The notes under the pieces were generated by a model. It ran no database searches. It saw only the letters and a list, made by a program, of their open reading frames with translations, and was not told where the DNA came from. A stretch of 64,000 bases of DNA from Eledone cirrhosa (Eukaryota), in assembly GCA_964016885.1 (NCBI GenBank), contig OZ024740.1, forward strand, positions 30,256,001 through 30,320,000, read 5' to 3'. Positions 58,501 through 64,000 of the stretch are shown here, piece by piece. The stretch's first letter is position 1, and each line of letters begins with the position of its first letter. The translations under genes and the position numbers were made by a program.

Positions 58501-61200
58501 CTATAGTGACACTGTTATTTATAGTTACTAGTCCTATTGCTGTTACTATAGTGACACTGTTAGTTATAGTTACTAGTCTTATTACTGTTACTATAGTGAC
58601 TATGTTAGTTATAGTTACTAGTCCTATTACTGTTACTTTAGTGACACTGTTACTTATAGTTACTAGTCCTATTGCTGTTACTATAGTGACACTGTTAGTT
58701 ATAGTTACTAGTCCTATTATTGTTACTATAGTGACACTGTTAGTTATAGTTACTAGTTCTATTGCTGTTACTATAGTGACACTGTTAGTTATAGTTACTA
58801 GTCCTATTGCTGTTACTATAGTGACACTGTTAGTTATAGTTACTAGTCCTATTATTGTTACTATAGTGACACTGTTAGTTATAGTTACTAGTTCTATTAC
58901 TGTTACTATAGTGACACTGTTAGTTATAGTTACTAGTCCTATTACTGTTACTATAGTGGCACTGTTAGTTATAGTTACTAGTCCTATTACTGTTACTATA
59001 GTGACACTGTTAGTTATAGTTACTAGTCCTATTACTGACACTGTTAGTTATAGTTACTAGTCCTATTACTGTTACTATAGTGACACTGTTAGTTATAGTT
59101 ACTAGTCCTATTACTGTTACTTTAGTGACACTGTTAGTTATAGTTACTAGTCCTATTACTGTTACTATAGTGACAGTGTTAGTTATAGTTACTAGTCCTA
59201 TTACTGTTACTATAGTGACACTGTTAGTTATAGTTACTAGTCCTATTACTGACACTGTTAGTTATAGTTACTAGTCCTATTACTGTTACTATAGTGACAC
59301 TGTTAGTTATAGTTACTAGTCCTATTACTGTTACTATAGTGACACTGTTAGTTATAGTTACTACTCCTATTACTGTTACTATAGTGACAGTGTTAGTTAT
59401 AGTTACTAGTCCTATTACTGTTACTATAGTGACACTGTTAGTTATAGTTACTAGTTCTATTACTGTTACTATAGTGACACTGTTAGTTATAGTTACTAGT
59501 CCTATTGCTGTTACTACAGTGACACTGTTAGTTATAGTTACTAGTCCTATTATTGTTACTATAGGGACACTGTTAGTTATAGTTACTAGTTCTATTACTG
59601 TTACTATAGTGACACTGTTAGTTATAGTTACTAGTCCTATTACTGTTACTATAGTGGCACTGTTAGTTATAGTTACTAGTCCTATTACTGTTACTATAGT
59701 GACACTGTTAGTTATAGTTACTAGTCCTATTACTGACACTGTTAGTTATAGTTACTAGTCCTATTACTGTTACTATAGTGACACTGTTAGTTATAGTTAC
59801 TAGTCCTATTACTGTTACTTTAGTGACACTGTTAGTTATAGTTACTAGTCCTATTACTGTTACTATAGTGACAGTGTTAGTTATAGTTACTAGTCCTATT
59901 ACTGTTACTATAGTGACACTGTTAGTTATAGTTACTAGTCCTATTACTGACACTGTTAGTTAAAGTTACTAGTCCTATTACTGTTACTATAGTGACACTG
60001 TTAGTTATAGTTACTAGTCCTATTACTGTTACTTTAGTGACACTGTTAGTTATAGTTACTAGTCCTATTACTGTTACTATAGTGACAGTGTTAGTTATAG
60101 TTACTAGTCCTATTACTGTTACTATAGTGACACTGTTAGTTATAGTTACTAGTCCTATTACTGACACTGTTAGTTATAGTTACTAGTCCTATTACTGTTA
60201 CTATAGTGACACTGTTAGTTATAGTTACTAGTCCTATTACTGTTACTATAGTGACACTGTTAGTTATAGTTACTACTCCTATTACTGTTACTATAGTGAC
60301 AGTGTTAGTTATAGTTACTAGTCCTATTACTGTTACTATAGTGACACTGTTAGTTATAGTTACTAGTTCTATTACTGTTACTATAGTGACACTGTTAGTT
60401 ATAGTTACTAGTCCTATTGCTGTTACTATAGTGACACTGTTAGTTATAGTTACTAGTCCTATTATTGTTACTATAGTGACACTGTTAGTTATAGTTACTA
60501 GTTCTATTACTGTTACTATAGTGACACTGTTAGTTATAGTTACTAGTCCTATTACTGTTACTATAGTGGCACTGTTAGTTATAGTTACTAGTCCTATTAC
60601 TGTTACTATAGTGACACTGTTAGTTATAGTTACTAGTCCTATTACTGACACTGTTAGTTATAGTTACTAGTCCTATTACTGTTACTATAGTGACACTGTT
60701 AGTTATAGTTACTAGTCCTATTACTGTTACTTTAGTGACACTGTTAGTTATAGTTACTAGTCCTATTACTGTTACTATAGTGACAGTGTTAGTTATAGTT
60801 ACTAGTCCTATTACTGTTACTATAGTGACACTGTTAGTTATAGTTACTAGTCCTATTACTGTTACTATAGTGACACTGTTAGTTATAGTTACTAGTCCTA
60901 TTACTGTTACTATAGTGACAGTGTTAGTTATAGTTACTAGTCCTATTACTGACACTGTTAGTTATAGTTACTAGTTCTATTACTGTTACTATAGTGACAC
61001 TGTTAGTTATAGTTACTAGTCCTATTACTGTTACTTTAGTGACACTGTTAGTTATAGTTACTAGTCCTATTACTGTTACTATAGTGACAGTGTTAGTTAT
61101 AGTTACTAGTCCTATTACTGTTACTATAGTGACACTGTTAGTTATAGTTACTAGTCCTATTACTGACACTGTTAGTTATAGTTACTAGTCCTATTACTGT
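45836..61200 (+). repeat. 214-bp and 484-bp modules (also 304 and 394 bp) delimited by the 34-bp truncated monomer attactgacactg
   Basis: Spacings between 34-bp monomers: 214 (4x45+34), 484 (10x45+34), 304 and 394. The order 214-484-214-214-484 recurs, e.g. starts 45880, 46094, 46578, 46792, 47006, 47490. Confidence 0.9.
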
Positions 61201-61810
61201 TACTATAGTGACACTGTTAGTTATAGTTACTAGTCCTATTACTGTTACTATAGTGACACTGTTAGTTATAGTTACTACTCCTATTACTGTTACTATAGTG
61301 ACAGTGTTAGTTATAGTTACTAGTCCTATTACTGTTACTATAGTGACACTGTTAGTTATAGTTACTAGTCCTATTACTGTTACTATAGTGACACTGTTAG
61401 TTATAGTTACTAGTCGTATTACTGTTACTATAGTGACACTGTTAGTTATAGTTACTAGTCCTGTGACACTGTTAGTTATAGTTACTAGTCCTATTGCTGT
61501 TACTATAGTGACAGTGTTATTTACTGTTACTAGTCTTATTACTGTTACTATAGTGACCCTGTTAGTTACAGTTACTAGTCCTATTACTGTTACTATAGTG
61601 ACACTGTTAGTTACAGTTACTAGTCCTATTGCTGTTACTATAGTGACACTGTTATTTATAGTTACTAGTCCTATTACTGTTACTATAGTGACACTGTTAG
61701 TTATACTTACTAGTCCTTTTACTGTTACTATAGTGACACTGTTAGTTATAGTTACTAGTCCTATTACTGTTACGATAGTGACACTGTTAGTTATAGTTAC
61801 TAGTCCTATT
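50484..61810 (+). repeat. 5,665-bp near-perfect tandem duplication (about 50484-56148 and 56149-61810), with an internal 2,932-bp offset sub-repeat
   Basis: Fourteen + strand ORF starts recur at +5665 (50697/56362 through 55543/61208). Shared rare variants: actgtag, gtaacac, gggacac, gttaaag, gtcgtatt. Starts 49819-51609 also recur at +2932. Confidence 0.94.
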
Positions 61811-64000
61811 ACTGTTACTATAGTGACACTGTTAGTTATAGTTACTAGTCCTATTGCTGACACTGTTAGTTATAGTTACTAGTCCTATTACTGTTACTAT
61901 AGTGACACTGTTAGTTATAGTTACTAGTCCTATTACTGTTACTATAGTGACACTGTTATTTATAGTTACTAGTCCTATTACTGTTACTATAGTGACACTG
62001 TTAGTTATACTTACTAGTCCTTTTACTGTTACTATAGTGACACTGTTAGTTATAGTTACTAGTCCTATTACTGTTACGATAGTGACACTGTTAGTTATAG
62101 TTACTAGTCCTATTACTGTTACTATAGTGACACTGTTAGTTATATTTACTAGTCCTATTACTGTTACTATAGTGACACTGTTATTTATAGTTACTAGTCC
62201 TATTGCTGTTACTATAGTGACACTGTTAGTTATAGTTACTAGTCTTATTACTGTTACTATAGTGACTATGTTAGTTATAGTTACTAGTCCTTTTATGTTA
62301 CTATAGTGACAGTGTTAGTTATAGTTACTAGTCCTATTACTGTTACTATAGTGACACTGTTAGTTATAGTTACTAGTCCTATTACTGTTACTATAGTGAC
62401 ACTGTTATTTATAGTTACTAGTCCTATTATGTTACTATAGTGACAGTGTTAGTTATAGTTACTAGTCCTATTACTGTTACTATAGTGACACTGTTAGTTA
62501 TAGTTACTAGTCCTATTACTGTTACTATAGTGACACTGTTATTTATAGTTACTAGTCCTATTGCTGTTACTATAGTGACACTGTTAGTTATAGTTACTAG
62601 TCCTATTACTGTTACTATAGTGACTATGTTAGTTATAGTTACTAGTCCTATTACTGTTACTTTAGTGACACTGTTACTTATAGTTACTAGTCCTATTGCT
62701 GTTACTATAGTGACACTGTTAGTTATAGTTACTAGTCCTATTATTGTTACTATAGTGACACTGTTAGTTATAGTTACTAGTTCTATTACTGTTACTATAG
62801 TGACACTGTTAGTTATAGTTACTAGTCCTATTGCTGTTACTATAGTGACAGTGTTAGTTATAGTTACTAGTCCTATTACTGTTACTATAGTGACACTGTT
62901 AGTTATAGTTACTAGTCCTATTACTGTTACTATAGTGGCACTGTTAGTTATAGTTACTAGTCCTATTACTGTTACTATAGTGACACTGTTAGTTATAGTT
63001 ACTAGTCCTATTGCTGTTACTATAGTGACAGTGTTAGTTATAGTTACTAGTCCTATTACTGTTACTATAGTGACACTGTTAGTTATAGTTACTAGTCCTA
63101 TTACTGTTACTATAGTGACACTGTTAGTTATAGTTACTAGTCCTATTGCTGTTACTATAGTGACAGTGTTAGTTATAGTTACTAGTCCTATTACTGTTAC
63201 TATAGTGACACTGTTAGTTATAGTTACTAGTCCTATTACTGTTACTATAGTGACACTGTTAGTTATAGTTACTAGTCCTATTACTGTTACTATAGTGACA
63301 CTGTTAGTTATAGTTACTAGTCCTATTACTGACACTGTTAGTTATAGTTACTAGTCCTATTACTGACACTGTTAGTTATAGTTACTAGTCCTATTACTGT
63401 TACTATAGTGACACTGTTAGTTATATTTACTAGTCCTATTATAGTTACTATAGTGACACTGTTAGTTATAGTTACTAGTCGTATTACTGACACTGTTAGT
63501 TATAGTTACTAGTCCTATTACTGTTACTATAGTGACACTGTTAGTTATAGTTACTAGTCCTATTGCTGTTACTATAGTGACAGTGTTAGTTATAGTTACT
63601 AGTCATATTACTGTTACTATAGTGACACTGTTAGTTATAGTTACTAGTTCTATTACTGTTACTATAGTGACACTGTTAGTTATAGTTACTAGTCCTATTA
63701 CTGTTACTATAGTGGCACTGTTAGTTATAGTTACTAGTCCTATTACTGTTACTATAGTGACACTGTTAGTTATAGTTACTAGTCCTATTACTGTTACTTT
63801 AGTGACACTGTTAGTTATAGTTACTAGTCCTATTACTGTTACTATAGTGACAGTGTTAGTTATAGTTACTAGTCCTATTACTGTTACTATAGTGACACTG
63901 TTAGTTATAGTTACTAGTCCTATTACTGTTACTATAGTGACACTGTTAGTTATAGTTACTAGTCCTATTACTGTTACTATAGTGACAGTGTTAGTTATAG

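Larger units (their letters stand above)
1..64000 (+). repeat. 45-bp tandem satellite array (about 1,430 monomers), head-to-tail, running off both window ends; consensus GTGACACTGTTAGTTATAGTTACTAGTCCTATTACTGTTACTATA
   Basis: The 45-bp period is visible throughout, and all ORFs are the 15-aa repeat VTLLVIVTSPITVTI (+) or VTIVTVIGLVTITNS (-). Most monomers carry 0-2 substitutions. No inversion or foreign insert was seen. Confidence 0.99.

Noticed and set aside
21-63354. All listed ORFs as real genes (membrane, mucin-like or ice-binding repeat proteins)
   Set aside because: They are translations of the 45-bp repeat, with starts almost all at repeat-derived GTG/TTG codons. There are no unique domains or signal peptides, and frameshifting and stop variants are freely amplified.
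1-64000. CRISPR array or other repeat-spacer system
   Set aside because: There are no unique spacers; the whole 45 bp is repeated, and no cas or other gene is present.
1-64000. Telomerase-synthesised telomeric repeat
   Set aside because: The unit is long, G equals C with no G-rich strand, and variants are inherited in kb-scale blocks, as expected from recombination rather than templated addition. A subtelomeric location cannot be excluded.
1-64000. Sequencing artefact (rolling-circle or low-complexity read noise)
   Set aside because: Rare variants recur at exact multi-kb offsets in consistent order, which random error would not produce. Individual large duplications still need read validation.

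Overview
The whole 64 kb window is one uninterrupted, single-orientation tandem array of a 45-bp AT-rich satellite (about 1,430 monomers). The consensus is GTGACACTGTTAGTTATAGTTACTAGTCCTATTACTGTTACTATA: 14/45 G+C, 19 T versus 12 A on the + strand, and no CpG. I found no unique sequence, transposon, RNA gene, CRISPR spacer or credible protein-coding gene. The listed ORFs arise because 45 is a multiple of 3 and one frame per strand lacks stops. The interest is in the architecture. (1) Higher-order repeats are nested and can be read from diagnostic variants: a 12,183-bp offset duplication (4460+3985+1869+1869), duplications of 540, 1779, about 3.0-3.1 kb, 2408, 4603, 2932 and 5665 bp, and 214/484-bp modules delimited by a 34-bp truncated monomer. 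(2) Variant types turn over from left to right across three domains. (3) The monomer is built from overlapping dyads, and several variants convert these into perfect 16-18 bp palindromes. (4) Two of the truncated monomer types end at internal microhomologies. The array looks like eukaryotic heterochromatic or centromere-type satellite, but neither the organism nor the function can be determined from this sequence. All offsets were read by eye from the sequence and the ORF track, so boundaries are approximate.
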